Of a DNA stretch of 64,000 nt, positions 9,731 through 18,479 are shown in pieces. The translations under genes were made by a program, and so were the position numbers. Origin of the DNA: an uncultured delta proteobacterium. GTDB lineage: Bacteria > Desulfobacterota > BSN033 > UBA1163. The stretch lies in the NCBI GenBank assembly GCA_963827685.1, contig CAWHBU010000003.1, positions 1,174,140 to 1,238,139 of the forward strand, given 5' to 3'. Numbering within the stretch: position 1 is the first letter of the stretch; every line of letters begins with the position of its first letter. The notes under the pieces were generated by a model, which saw nothing but the letters and a program-made list of their open reading frames with translations, was not told the origin of the DNA and made no database searches.

Positions 9731-9827
9731 GGGGTCAGACTTAAATATTGACATCTAAGGACAAAAAGAAAGATTGTCTTGTGTCTGAAGAGAGTAAGGA
9801 AAAATCTCAATAATTGAGTTTGACCCC
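9731..9827. repeat. 97-bp IR core, copy 6
   Basis: GGGGTCAGACTTAAATATTGA...TCAATAATTGAGTTTGACCCC; 21-bp terminal IR matching at 18/21. Confidence 0.92.
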
Positions 9828-9862
9828 CGAAGATGGCGCCTTAACATAAGTGAGAAGAAATT

Positions 9863-10291
9863 ATGCGACACCTGAAGATTCACACACTTGAGAAAGGTTG
9901 GTACGACAAGGACGAGGTATTGCTCCATGCCGCCTTCCAGCTTCTTATAGATTTTATTGAGCAAGAGAAACCAGACGAGATTGTTGACTGGAATGTAGGT
10001 GAATTACATAGAAAAGCTTGGAAAGAAATCAAATCGTTCTATAACTGGTGGAAAAAAGAGCGTCCAGCACGGAAAAGCCCACTCGATGATAATAGGCTAA
10101 AGCATCCTCCTTTGAGATTAGAAAAGATTCCAGGTTCTGCTTTATGTAAGATGGTCGAACCCGACAAAAAGAAATACGCAAGTTATTATCGTGCTTTGCG
10201 GGAACATTGGAGGCTTGAGCAAAAGTGGGGAGAAGAAGATCAATGCAATCTTCATAGGTTAATCGACATCAGGAAATTTCTATGGACATAG
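9863..10291 (+). CDS. Hypothetical protein (last cassette)
   Basis: Clean ORF followed by TGCCAAC (10296), a truncated attC left end. Confidence 0.65.
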   Translation: MRHLKIHTLEKGWYDKDEVLLHAAFQLLIDFIEQEKPDEIVDWNVGELHRKAWKEIKSFYNWWKKERPARKSPLDDNRLKHPPLRLEKIPGSALCKMVEPDKKKYASYYRALREHWRLEQKWGEEDQCNLHRLIDIRKFLWT

Positions 10292-10499
10292 AAGATGCCA
10301 ACAATCCACTCCATCGGACGGCTGATATGTGAAAGGAAAGGGTTCGAGTCTGGTTTTGACTCTTACTCATTTCAACGGGGGATGACATTCATTGGACGCT
10401 GGGCAGGGTTTAGAACAATAAGAAAAATCTCATAGAGAATCCTCAGACCTTTTCAACACGGCTCTTTACCAACCCGCAGATTACTCAATAGACTATGTT

Positions 10500-10907
10500 T
10501 CAGTGAATTTTGCAGTCCTTCAAGAATTGCTGAGGGGTCAATATCTTGATTCCCACGTATTCATTCATTGCTTTTAATCCCTTATCACCCGTAATAATGG
10601 CTTCTGCTTTTAAGGCCACTGCACACTCTATAAATTTGTCATCATCAGGGTCACCTTTAACTGCCTTTATCTTCGGTGTTTTTGTCGTAAAGAGGATATT
10701 GAAACCTTTGGCAAAAAGAGAAAGAAGCTCTTCGAATTCCCTTTCATCCCCTAATCCAATCCTCTGCAACACTTCGATATATTCATCAAGAATATTCTTC
10801 GATACGCAAAGACTTATCTTCCCTTCTTTCCAGAGGTCGATGATCTTCTTCGGATTGCCTCCAAAAAAAGACGAGACAAAGATATTGGTATCGACAACGA
10901 CTTTCAT
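10500..10907 (-). CDS. PIN-family toxin
   Basis: VVVDTNIFVS, DPDDDKFIECA and IITGD motifs. Confidence 0.9.
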   Translation of the reverse strand: MKVVVDTNIFVSSFFGGNPKKIIDLWKEGKISLCVSKNILDEYIEVLQRIGLGDEREFEELLSLFAKGFNILFTTKTPKIKAVKGDPDDDKFIECAVALKAEAIITGDKGLKAMNEYVGIKILTPQQFLKDCKIH

Positions 10908-11152
10908 CCCCGGCTTTTTCTTACCTCTTTGATCGTCTTATCGATATCTCTTTGTCCTACCCCTTTAGATTTCAACTTCCCGCCGATTCTGCCCCACAGG
11001 TCGTCAATATAGGTGCCGATGTCCCTCTCTTTGATATAGTCTTCTATCAGTTCCCTCACCATCTGGCTTGTCGTCTTCCCTTCCACCCTGGCAAGCTTAT
11101 TAAATTTGTCCTTAACCTCGGGATCCATCCTAATAATCATCTGGGTTGTCAT
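10904..11152 (-). CDS. Ribbon-helix-helix (CopG-like) antitoxin
   Basis: MTTQMIIRMD...SQMVRELIEDYI; RBS GGAGG; overlaps the toxin start (ATGA). Confidence 0.85.
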   Translation of the reverse strand: MTTQMIIRMDPEVKDKFNKLARVEGKTTSQMVRELIEDYIKERDIGTYIDDLWGRIGGKLKSKGVGQRDIDKTIKEVRKSRG

Positions 11153-11312
11153 GCGGCTAACCTCCAACAATATATATTTTGTATATATTGTATAGCAATT
11201 TAAAACAACTGTCAATGGCTAAGAAATCCGGGGTGGACAACGTTCCTTGGGCACTGGGCAGGTTATTTTGTCCCTTGCATCTGTAACTATATTCAGTTAT
11301 ATTATTTTCGGA

Positions 11313-11546
11313 ATGGGAATCGAAGAAGACCTCTCCAGGATAAAGCAGAATTCAAAGGGGGTAAGGTTTAAAGAGATAGAGAGAATCATTTTAGGGGCAG
11401 GATTTAAAAGGGTAAATATCAGAGGAAGCCACTATGTTTACAAGAAAGGAAACAGGATTTTAACAGTTGTCAAACCTCATGGAGGGCGTAAGCATTGCCA
11501 TTGGTTGGATGTTAAAGATGTGATCAGAATCCTGGAGGAGGATTGA
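11313..11546 (+). CDS. hicA: HicA-family toxin
   Basis: GF...RGSHYVY...VVKPH; upstream TTGCAT-N17-TATATT with palindrome TAACT-N6-AGTTA, possibly leaderless. Confidence 0.85.
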   Translation: MGIEEDLSRIKQNSKGVRFKEIERIILGAGFKRVNIRGSHYVYKKGNRILTVVKPHGGRKHCHWLDVKDVIRILEED

Positions 11547-11549
11547 CCT

Positions 11550-11909
11550 ATGAGAAAGAATAAAAAAGAGGAACTTTTGGGTTATGAGATAAAAATCATT
11601 CCAGACAAAGAATCTGGATACCTGGCCGTGCGGTTTCCTGATTTCCCGAGTATCATCACCGGAGGATATAGCATTGAAGAAACCATTAAGAATGCTCAAG
11701 AAGCTCTAGAATTAACGATAGACACAATGAAAAAACATAGAATACCTCTTCCCAAACCAAAGACCCGTTTCAGCGGTCAGTTTAATGTCAGGGTTCCAAA
11801 AGACCTCCATAGAGAATTGGTGAGAAAAGCGGAGGAGGAGGGTGTGAGTTTAAACGCACTTATAACCTATCTCTTATCCCGGTCTATCAAAATGGAAAAG
11901 GCTGCCTGA
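11550..11909 (+). CDS. hicB: HicB-family antitoxin
   Basis: FPDFPSIITGGYSIEE and SGQFNVRVPKDLH...EGVSLN. Confidence 0.9.
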   Translation: MRKNKKEELLGYEIKIIPDKESGYLAVRFPDFPSIITGGYSIEETIKNAQEALELTIDTMKKHRIPLPKPKTRFSGQFNVRVPKDLHRELVRKAEEEGVSLNALITYLLSRSIKMEKAA

Positions 11910-12034
11910 TCTTACCCACCCTATTTCCCCGTTGACACGTCCAGGGTGAAACGCCTCGGGGTCAGGTAACATTTTTTGTGAGGCAACTCGTCCTATAACC
12001 CAAAGGGTTTCCCCTTCCCACTTTTTTTATACCG

Positions 12035-13063
12035 TCACATTTTTCCGGAAGATAAATATGAATTCATCGACTTTTGCGCGTATTCGACCTGTTTTAACCT
12101 TTTCACCTGTTTCATCTTCACACCCAGCCTTGAAACAAGAACTTCAAAAAGCTGGAAAACCTCTTCTCTTTTCACCCAGATCTCCTGCGGCAAATAAGCG
12201 TTCTTCTCAATCACCTTGAGCATATGGTTTTGGAATTCGCGCCCATAGCGATCCCAACTCTCCAAATGTGTTTCGAAAACGAATCCCGAAGCCTGGTCCA
12301 CGATTAAGAGACAAAGCGGGAAAAAAGGACGCCCCCCCTCCTGTATGGGCATGGAGAACTGGAAGAAATCAACCTCCCAGATGCCCGCCGGTCTGAGACC
12401 CCTTTTCTTGATGCGCTGCAAACGAATTTCGTCGATGGCCGGAGCCTCATATTTTCCTCTCTCCAGAGGGACCGGCGACAACCATTCATCTCTCCAGCGG
12501 AGCTCCGACCCGCTTTGCTCCGGAATCCGAACCAGATATTGCGCTTTTTCCGAATTCGTGAGGAGATTATCATTATTCTTCATCCGGAGGCTGACATCTG
12601 CGGCTTGCTGTAAAGCATGCGTGAGGAAGCAGACCTGCGGTTGATTGAGATACCACGGATAGTATCCCGGCTCGTAACTCCTAAACAAAGGCCATGCTTT
12701 TGGCCCCCTGAATTTCAGCCCGAGTCTTTTGATCACTTCATGATCCGGTTTTTGCAGAAACTTCCGATCCTCGAATGATGCAACCAGGCATTTTGCCGTA
12801 CTGAGGATGTCCTCCTCAGGGGATTCACTCTTTTGAATTTTTAGGTAGGATTCCAAACCTTCTGTCCCCAAATAAACCAACAACCCTAAGAACTCTCCCA
12901 AGGCTCCAACAACACAGCAGTAACCGATTTCGCCATCCTCAGAATTTTTCACCCCGAAGAGATCCGTGTCGTCCACCCAGTCCCAGGGTTGAATCTGCCA
13001 AAAGTCAATAGCTGCACGATAGAGCGCACGCCACTCTTGTAATGAGGGTTGAGGGGTTTGCAT
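12035..13063 (-). CDS. Conserved hypothetical protein
   Basis: 342-aa ORF with a strong AGGAGGAG RBS; function not recognised. Confidence 0.7.
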   Translation of the reverse strand: MQTPQPSLQEWRALYRAAIDFWQIQPWDWVDDTDLFGVKNSEDGEIGYCCVVGALGEFLGLLVYLGTEGLESYLKIQKSESPEEDILSTAKCLVASFEDRKFLQKPDHEVIKRLGLKFRGPKAWPLFRSYEPGYYPWYLNQPQVCFLTHALQQAADVSLRMKNNDNLLTNSEKAQYLVRIPEQSGSELRWRDEWLSPVPLERGKYEAPAIDEIRLQRIKKRGLRPAGIWEVDFFQFSMPIQEGGRPFFPLCLLIVDQASGFVFETHLESWDRYGREFQNHMLKVIEKNAYLPQEIWVKREEVFQLFEVLVSRLGVKMKQVKRLKQVEYAQKSMNSYLSSGKM

Positions 13064-13120
13064 GATGTTCTCCTCCTTTCAGCCTTTGCTTCGCATAAAT
13101 TTTAGGAAAATTCAACTCGC

Positions 13121-13193
13121 GCATCGGAATTTCCACATCGATGCCTTTGAGATTGTCAACCCCGGCTTCCCGAATAGTAATCTTTTCCGTCGC
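13121..13193 (-). pseudogene. UvrA N-terminal fragment
   Basis: EKITIREAGVDNLKGIDVEIP resembles the UvrA start (xIxIRGARxHNLKNIDxxIP). Confidence 0.55.
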
Positions 13194-13274
13194 TCTCCAA
13201 AGCCTTAACAAAAAATCCGCGGGGTATGGTAGAGAGAGCCCCCGAAAAAAAATTCCCAAAAATTAAAAAAATGC

Positions 13275-13326
13275 TTGACAAACCCAAAAAGGGCGCTATA
13301 ATTTTGTCAGTTCAGTTTATTAAACT
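13275..13326 (+). promoter_or_regulatory. Sigma-70 promoter and candidate operator
   Basis: TTGACA-N16-TATAAT, then palindrome AGTTT-ATT-AAACT (13314-13326). Confidence 0.7.
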
Positions 13327-13393
13327 AATTTCTTCTTATAATGTCTGACAGATTACTAAACAAATTTCTTTTTTTACTGTTCCCACAGGATTT

Positions 13394-13930
13394 ATGAAGA
13401 TTGGAGAACGGATTCGGAATTTAAGACAGTTGAGCAACCTGACCCAGGAGGAGCTGGCAGAGCGCGCCGGGCTGACCAAAGGGTTCATTTCCCAGATCGA
13501 AAGGGATCAAACCTCCATCTCTTTGGACAGCCTGGTTAAAATGCTGGAGGCATTGGACGAGAATATTTCTGATTTCTTTCAGGAAGCCTCTCAAGAAAAG
13601 ATTGCCTATCGTGAGAAGGACCGGGTGGCGATTGAAAAGGAGAAGATTGAGAAGTTCGAGCTTCTGGTCCCGGGTTCAACGAATCGGCGGTTGGAACCCA
13701 TCCTCTTGACTCTCCGGAAAGGGGAGGCGACGCCGAAAGAGAAGCCCCACGAAGGGGAGGAGTTTGGTTTTGTCCTCCGGGGAAGGGTCAACCTTCGTTT
13801 TGGGAGAGAGATTCTGAAGCTGAAGAAAGGGGAATGCTTTTACCTTTCGGCAGAGAAGGAGCATTGGATCCATAACAGCGGCTCGAGGGAGGCAGTGATA
13901 CTATGGATCAGCTCGCCTCCTTCCTTCTAA
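13394..13930 (+). CDS. XRE HTH-cupin regulator (PuuR-like)
   Basis: LTQEELAERAGLTKGFISQIER HTH and PHEGEEFGFVLRG cupin; heads the polyamine operon. Confidence 0.9.
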   Translation: MKIGERIRNLRQLSNLTQEELAERAGLTKGFISQIERDQTSISLDSLVKMLEALDENISDFFQEASQEKIAYREKDRVAIEKEKIEKFELLVPGSTNRRLEPILLTLRKGEATPKEKPHEGEEFGFVLRGRVNLRFGREILKLKKGECFYLSAEKEHWIHNSGSREAVILWISSPPSF

Positions 13931-14026
13931 CAGGCTGCTGATTTGCGGAGTTTGATGTTTTAGGGAAGTAGGTGCATCACAGATTCCATATGCCTTCAAT
14001 CAAACGAGAGATGATGGAGGAACACT

Positions 14027-14497
14027 GTGATCTTTAAGACCCCGACACAATACTTTCTGGTTTCTGGAGCCTCAGACGGCTTTACACCTCTGAATGCCTT
14101 TGACGGAGCCCTCCTCCAGGCGGGGATCGGGAACACGAACATCATCAAGATGTCGAGCATCCTTCCCCCCCATTGTCAAGAGGTTTCCCCGATCGCTCTT
14201 CCTCCAGGGGCCCTGGTCCCGGCAGCCTACGCAGCCCTGACCAGCGACGTACCCGGAGAGATCATCTCGGCCGGCGTGGCCGTAGCTCTTCCAGAGGATG
14301 AAAATCAGAACGGGTTGATCATGGAATATTCGGCTAAAGGAGAGCGGCGCAAGATCGAGGAAATGGTCCGGAATATGGCCGTGGAGGGAATGAAGCTTCG
14401 CGGATGGAAGATCAAAGATCTGAAGTCAATCGCTATTGAATATAGAACAAAGAGAATTGGGGCGGCCCTGGCCGCTGTGGTCCTATGGGGACAATAA
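14027..14497 (+). CDS. pdaD: Pyruvoyl-dependent arginine decarboxylase
   Basis: [27 protein letters not shown] (Ser-Ser cleavage site) and GLIMEY. Confidence 0.9.
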   Translation: MIFKTPTQYFLVSGASDGFTPLNAFDGALLQAGIGNTNIIKMSSILPPHCQEVSPIALPPGALVPAAYAALTSDVPGEIISAGVAVALPEDENQNGLIMEYSAKGERRKIEEMVRNMAVEGMKLRGWKIKDLKSIAIEYRTKRIGAALAAVVLWGQ

Positions 14498-14500
14498 AAC

Positions 14501-14590
14501 AGTTATGAGTTGAGAATTAAGAGGTATGAATTATGAATTATAATTTGAAACTCTGAACTCTCAATTCTAAACTCTGCACTCTGAGTTCTC
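14501..14590. repeat. Degenerate heptamer inverted-repeat tract
   Basis: AGTTATG/AATTATG-type units followed by complementary ACTCTGA-type units. Confidence 0.6.
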
Positions 14591-14593
14591 ATC

Positions 14594-14710
14594 ATGCAAT
14601 CATGGCTTACCGAGAAAATTGATGAAAAGGTTGGCCTTACTTTAAGTTCTCTCCAATCCGAAGCCACCGCATTCTCTCTGCCCGATTCTGCTACGGAACG
14701 AACCAGATGA
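14594..14710 (+). pseudogene. speE: Internally deleted spermidine synthase remnant (38 aa)
   Basis: MQSWLTEKIDEKVGLTL (SpeE-like N-terminus) fused to AFSLP (SpeE-like C-terminus); lies between pdaD and speB with an ATGA overlap. Confidence 0.6.
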
Positions 14711-15567
14711 AACTCCCCTTCATAGAAACTACCTATATCTCAGCAAGTGCTCCGTTTGAAAAAAGCAAAGGGGTTATCCTCGGGTGTCCCTATGATGGAT
14801 CTGCCTCCTTCCGTCCGGGCGCCCGGTTTGGACCCTCTGCGATCCGGAGAGCATCGTGGGGAATTGAAACCTTCAGTCCATATTTTCAAAGGGACCTGAG
14901 CCAGTGTTCCATTCACGATATGGGAGACCTGGAATTGCCTTTGGGGGAGAAGAAAATCTCTTTGGGCTTGATTCGGAATGGACTGGGCAAGATCCTCTCC
15001 GAAAAAAAATTCCCCATCCTTCTGGGAGGAGACCATCTGATCACTCTTCCGACGATAGAAGAGATCCTTGCAATCTATCCTCGCCTCCATCTCCTTCAAA
15101 TTGATGCTCACACAGATTTAAGAGAAGATTATTTGGGCGAACCCCTTTCCCACAGTACGGTGATGAGGAAGGTGGTCGACCATTTGGGTGAGGGCAGATT
15201 GTTTCAAATTGGGATTCGATCCGGGACAGAAGAGGAATTTAAATTAGCCAAAAAAATGAAATCCGTCGTCTCCCTTAACCCAGATTCTCTGAGTTCAATG
15301 ATGAAACGTCTCAGGAACCAGCCCGTCTATATCACCCTCGATCTCGATGTGATCGATCCAAGCCTTCTCCCGGGTGTTGGAACACCCGAGCCCGGAGGTC
15401 TTACCTTCCAGGAATTCGTTTTCCTTCTTAAAAAACTTCAAGCGCTTCATGTTATTGGATTCGATATCGTGGAGCTGACACCAGATTATGACCCCACGCA
15501 AGTCTCTTCTGTTACGGCTTCGGTTATCTTGAGAGAAATGATCCTTGCCTTCTGTTTCAAAAAATGA
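14707..15567 (+). CDS. speB: Agmatinase
   Basis: GGDHLIT, DAHTD and DLDVIDP...GTPEPGG ureohydrolase motifs. Confidence 0.93.
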   Translation: MKLPFIETTYISASAPFEKSKGVILGCPYDGSASFRPGARFGPSAIRRASWGIETFSPYFQRDLSQCSIHDMGDLELPLGEKKISLGLIRNGLGKILSEKKFPILLGGDHLITLPTIEEILAIYPRLHLLQIDAHTDLREDYLGEPLSHSTVMRKVVDHLGEGRLFQIGIRSGTEEEFKLAKKMKSVVSLNPDSLSSMMKRLRNQPVYITLDLDVIDPSLLPGVGTPEPGGLTFQEFVFLLKKLQALHVIGFDIVELTPDYDPTQVSSVTASVILREMILAFCFKK

Positions 15568-16149
15568 TGCGGGATGCACCTTCTTGCCACTCCCTTCCTG
15601 TCAAGTTTTCTCCACCGATTTTTAAAAATGGTATATATTACAATCGAAAATTGGTAACGGGAATGTACTGCAAACCGATCTGAATAATTCATTTTCTAAT
15701 TATCTTGATTCTACATAATATCGTTTAAAACGATCTTGGGAAGAAAATATAGCATGAAATTCCGCCCTTTCTCTTTCAACCCATAATCATCAAATCGTAC
15801 ACGTACTATTATTCATGACTTGCAGCTTAAAGAGACAAGAAATTCTTCCTACAATCGCCCTATCGAAAAGTGAAAATTCTCACTAAAAAAACAAATCAAA
15901 TTTTTTAAAAATAGAATTTTCTTGTGCTGAAATCAAGCATTCAATCAGATTAAAATACTCGGCCTTCTGCTGACTGAGTAAAGAGTTTATTTTAATTTCT
16001 TCATACCTCGAAGGCAGTGTTTCAACCATGGAGAGTTTATTATTTTTTTCACATAAAAACGCGGAATTAATCCTATATGAATATAGTGATATTGACCTTT
16101 CAATTTATAACTAATTGAAAGTAATAAACAATTTATAAGAAAATAATGC

Positions 16150-16178
16150 TTGACAAAGCTCTCTCACTTGAATATATT
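16150..16178 (+). promoter_or_regulatory. Sigma-70 promoter
   Basis: TTGACA-N17-TATATT. Confidence 0.65.
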
Positions 16179-16281
16179 AGTATAAAGGGATGAATAGATC
16201 ATCTTAATATGGATGTTGGATGTAGAAAGGACCATTCAACCGGTAAGGGTTTTTGGGTAAAGACGAAATTGAATAAAGCCG

Positions 16282-16316
16282 CCCTTTCCATGGACTAAGA
16301 ATGGAGAGGGTTTTTT
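16282..16316 (+). terminator. Intrinsic-terminator-like hairpin in the sigma-factor leader
   Basis: CCCTTTCCAT-9 nt-ATGGAGAGGG followed by T6, about 10 nt before the RBS. Confidence 0.55.
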
Positions 16317-16344
16317 GTTCCCATAAGGAAGGAGTAAAATAGCA

Positions 16345-17649
16345 GTGAAAAATAACAAGACATTAAGTAAAAAGGGAGAGGATTTAACCCTTGAGCCCGT
16401 TCAGTCCTCATCCCTTTTTGCTGAACCTCCGACCTCCATTCCACCTATCCAATCCGCACCCTACACAGAGGGTGAATTAGAAGAGACGATAGAGGATTTT
16501 GATCTTCAGCCGGATGAAGCAGAGTTGGTGGTTGAGGAAGGGGAAGAAATTTCAACTGAGCCGGTTCCCCACGAAGAGATTATTTTTCAACCTCAGGATA
16601 TCACATGGGAATATTTAAAGGGCCTTGAAAAGATATCTCTCCTTACACCAGAGAAAGAGGTTCAATTGGCAAAAAGGATTAAGGAGGGTGAGCGTCAAGT
16701 CAAGATCCTCGAGACAAAGACCAATCGCCTAAGAACCCGATTATATCCTCCTTCAGGCCCTAAGAATGGAGGTAAACGTTCCCATCCCCGCACACAGCAA
16801 GGTTATAAATCAAAGGGCAAAAACGGGAAAAATGGGAAGAAATCAAAACCCACTCCATCAGAAATGAGGGAGAGAAATCTTCTTTATAAGGCGACATTGA
16901 ACCAATATCAACGGGCGCTTCTCGATCTTCAGCGGGCAAAGAATGAATTGATCCAGGCCAATCTACGGTTGGTGGTCAGTATTGCAAAACGATATGCCAA
17001 TCGGGGGCTTTCTTTTCTGGATTTGATCCAGGAGGGAAATCTTGGCCTGATCCAGGCTATGGTTAAGTTCGATTATACCAAAGGCTTTAAATTCAGTACT
17101 TACGCTTCCTGGTGGATCAGAGCAGCCATTTTGAGAGCTTTTGCAGAGAAATCGAGGACGATTCGGATTCCCAACTATCTTTTTGAGATCAAAGGGAAAT
17201 TGATGAAATCCTTTAAGGATCTGGTGAAAAAGTTGGGGCGGGAACCCACATCCCAGGAGTTATCAAAGGAAAGTGGAATTCCTTTACATGATGTGGAGAA
17301 AATTCTCAATCTCATTGAAGAACCGATCTCTCTCGACATGACTATTGGAGAAGAGGATAGTACTCTCGAAGACCTAATCCCTGATGAAAAAGGTCTCTCT
17401 CCCAGTGATTGCTTGCTGGAAAAAGATCTAACCCATCAAATCCAGAAACTCTTATCTGGCCTTTCCCCGAGAGAAGAAAGGATTCTCCGGCTCCGTTTCG
17501 GCATTGGAGGAGATGGGGAATGTACTCTCGAAGAAATCGGCAGGCAGTTCGGTCTGAGTCGGGAGAGAATTCGGCAGATTGAGGCGAAAGCTCTTGATCG
17601 ATTGAGAGATCCGAAACGCTATAAAGAAATCAAAGAATATTTTGAGTGA
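16345..17649 (+). CDS. RNA polymerase sigma-70 factor, RpoD/RpoS-like paralog
   Basis: [30 protein letters not shown] and TLEEIG...RERIRQIE. Confidence 0.93.
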   Translation: MKNNKTLSKKGEDLTLEPVQSSSLFAEPPTSIPPIQSAPYTEGELEETIEDFDLQPDEAELVVEEGEEISTEPVPHEEIIFQPQDITWEYLKGLEKISLLTPEKEVQLAKRIKEGERQVKILETKTNRLRTRLYPPSGPKNGGKRSHPRTQQGYKSKGKNGKNGKKSKPTPSEMRERNLLYKATLNQYQRALLDLQRAKNELIQANLRLVVSIAKRYANRGLSFLDLIQEGNLGLIQAMVKFDYTKGFKFSTYASWWIRAAILRAFAEKSRTIRIPNYLFEIKGKLMKSFKDLVKKLGREPTSQELSKESGIPLHDVEKILNLIEEPISLDMTIGEEDSTLEDLIPDEKGLSPSDCLLEKDLTHQIQKLLSGLSPREERILRLRFGIGGDGECTLEEIGRQFGLSRERIRQIEAKALDRLRDPKRYKEIKEYFE

Positions 17650-17666
17650 TTTTCTAAGAAGAAAAT

Positions 17667-17708
17667 AAAAAGGGGCCTCTTTGATTTGATATGGAGTGCC
17701 CCTTTTTT
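17667..17708. terminator. Bidirectional terminator
   Basis: AAAAAGGGGC...GCCCCTTTTTT between convergent genes. Confidence 0.75.
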
Positions 17709-17725
17709 ATTCTGGTTGGAGACAC

Positions 17726-17914
17726 TTATCCTTCCATCTGGATGGCCTCTACCGGACAATTTTCAGCAGCCTCTTTACAGGACTCCAGTACCTCTTCGGG
17801 AACCTCATCCACTTTGATACGAGCCTTATCATCATTCATTTCGAAAACTTCTGGGCAAGTCTCTGCACAAAGCCCACACCCAATACAGGTTTCCTCGTCC
17901 ACGATCGCTCTCAT
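17726..17914 (-). CDS. Monocluster ferredoxin
   Basis: CIGCGLC...CP and CPVEAI. Confidence 0.92.
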   Translation of the reverse strand: MRAIVDEETCIGCGLCAETCPEVFEMNDDKARIKVDEVPEEVLESCKEAAENCPVEAIQMEG

Positions 17915-18479
17915 TGACTATTCTCCTTTCCATTTCCCTCTTTTGATTTATTATTCATAATCACTTTTCTTAAATCAAGTCGCCTCTTCTAAATTTCTAA
18001 AATCTTATATTCGGCTCTGTCACGATAACCCTTCCGTCGTTCACTTCAGGAACGAGTCTGAGCGCTGATGGTGGGTACTCTATAACCCCGGTTAAAAATT
18101 CAGTCAAATGTATCTGAACGAGTTCATGGATTCTTCATTCGAAAAATGCAATCCCCCGCCACCTGTTCATGTTGGGCATGCTGGTGTCCGAAGCCATCTC
18201 CTCTTTTCTCTCTTTGAAAATGGTAAAGAAAGAGCTCTGGGATAATAGGAAATCAGGTCAGAAACAATAATCATGTCTGGCCCAAAGTTCCTGACCCCAA
18301 ATTCTCACAAAAGCCTCTTTGAGGATTCTCAAAGTCCTGGTTGTGGATGAGGAAAGATTACACTTTAAGATTACATCTGGAGATGAGGGTAGAAATCATG
18401 TATCCGAATTGATTAAGCTCGTCGAAGCATGGGCTCCCCTCACTCACCAAAACTCTTCGAGAGCGATCTCCCTCATTTC

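Noticed and set aside
1614-9827. CRISPR array
   Set aside because: Repeats are ~97 bp and separated by whole genes; no cas genes are present.
11958-11980. Further copy of the IR core (also CTGACCCC near 18291)
   Set aside because: Only 8-9 terminal bases match and the internal sequence is unrelated.
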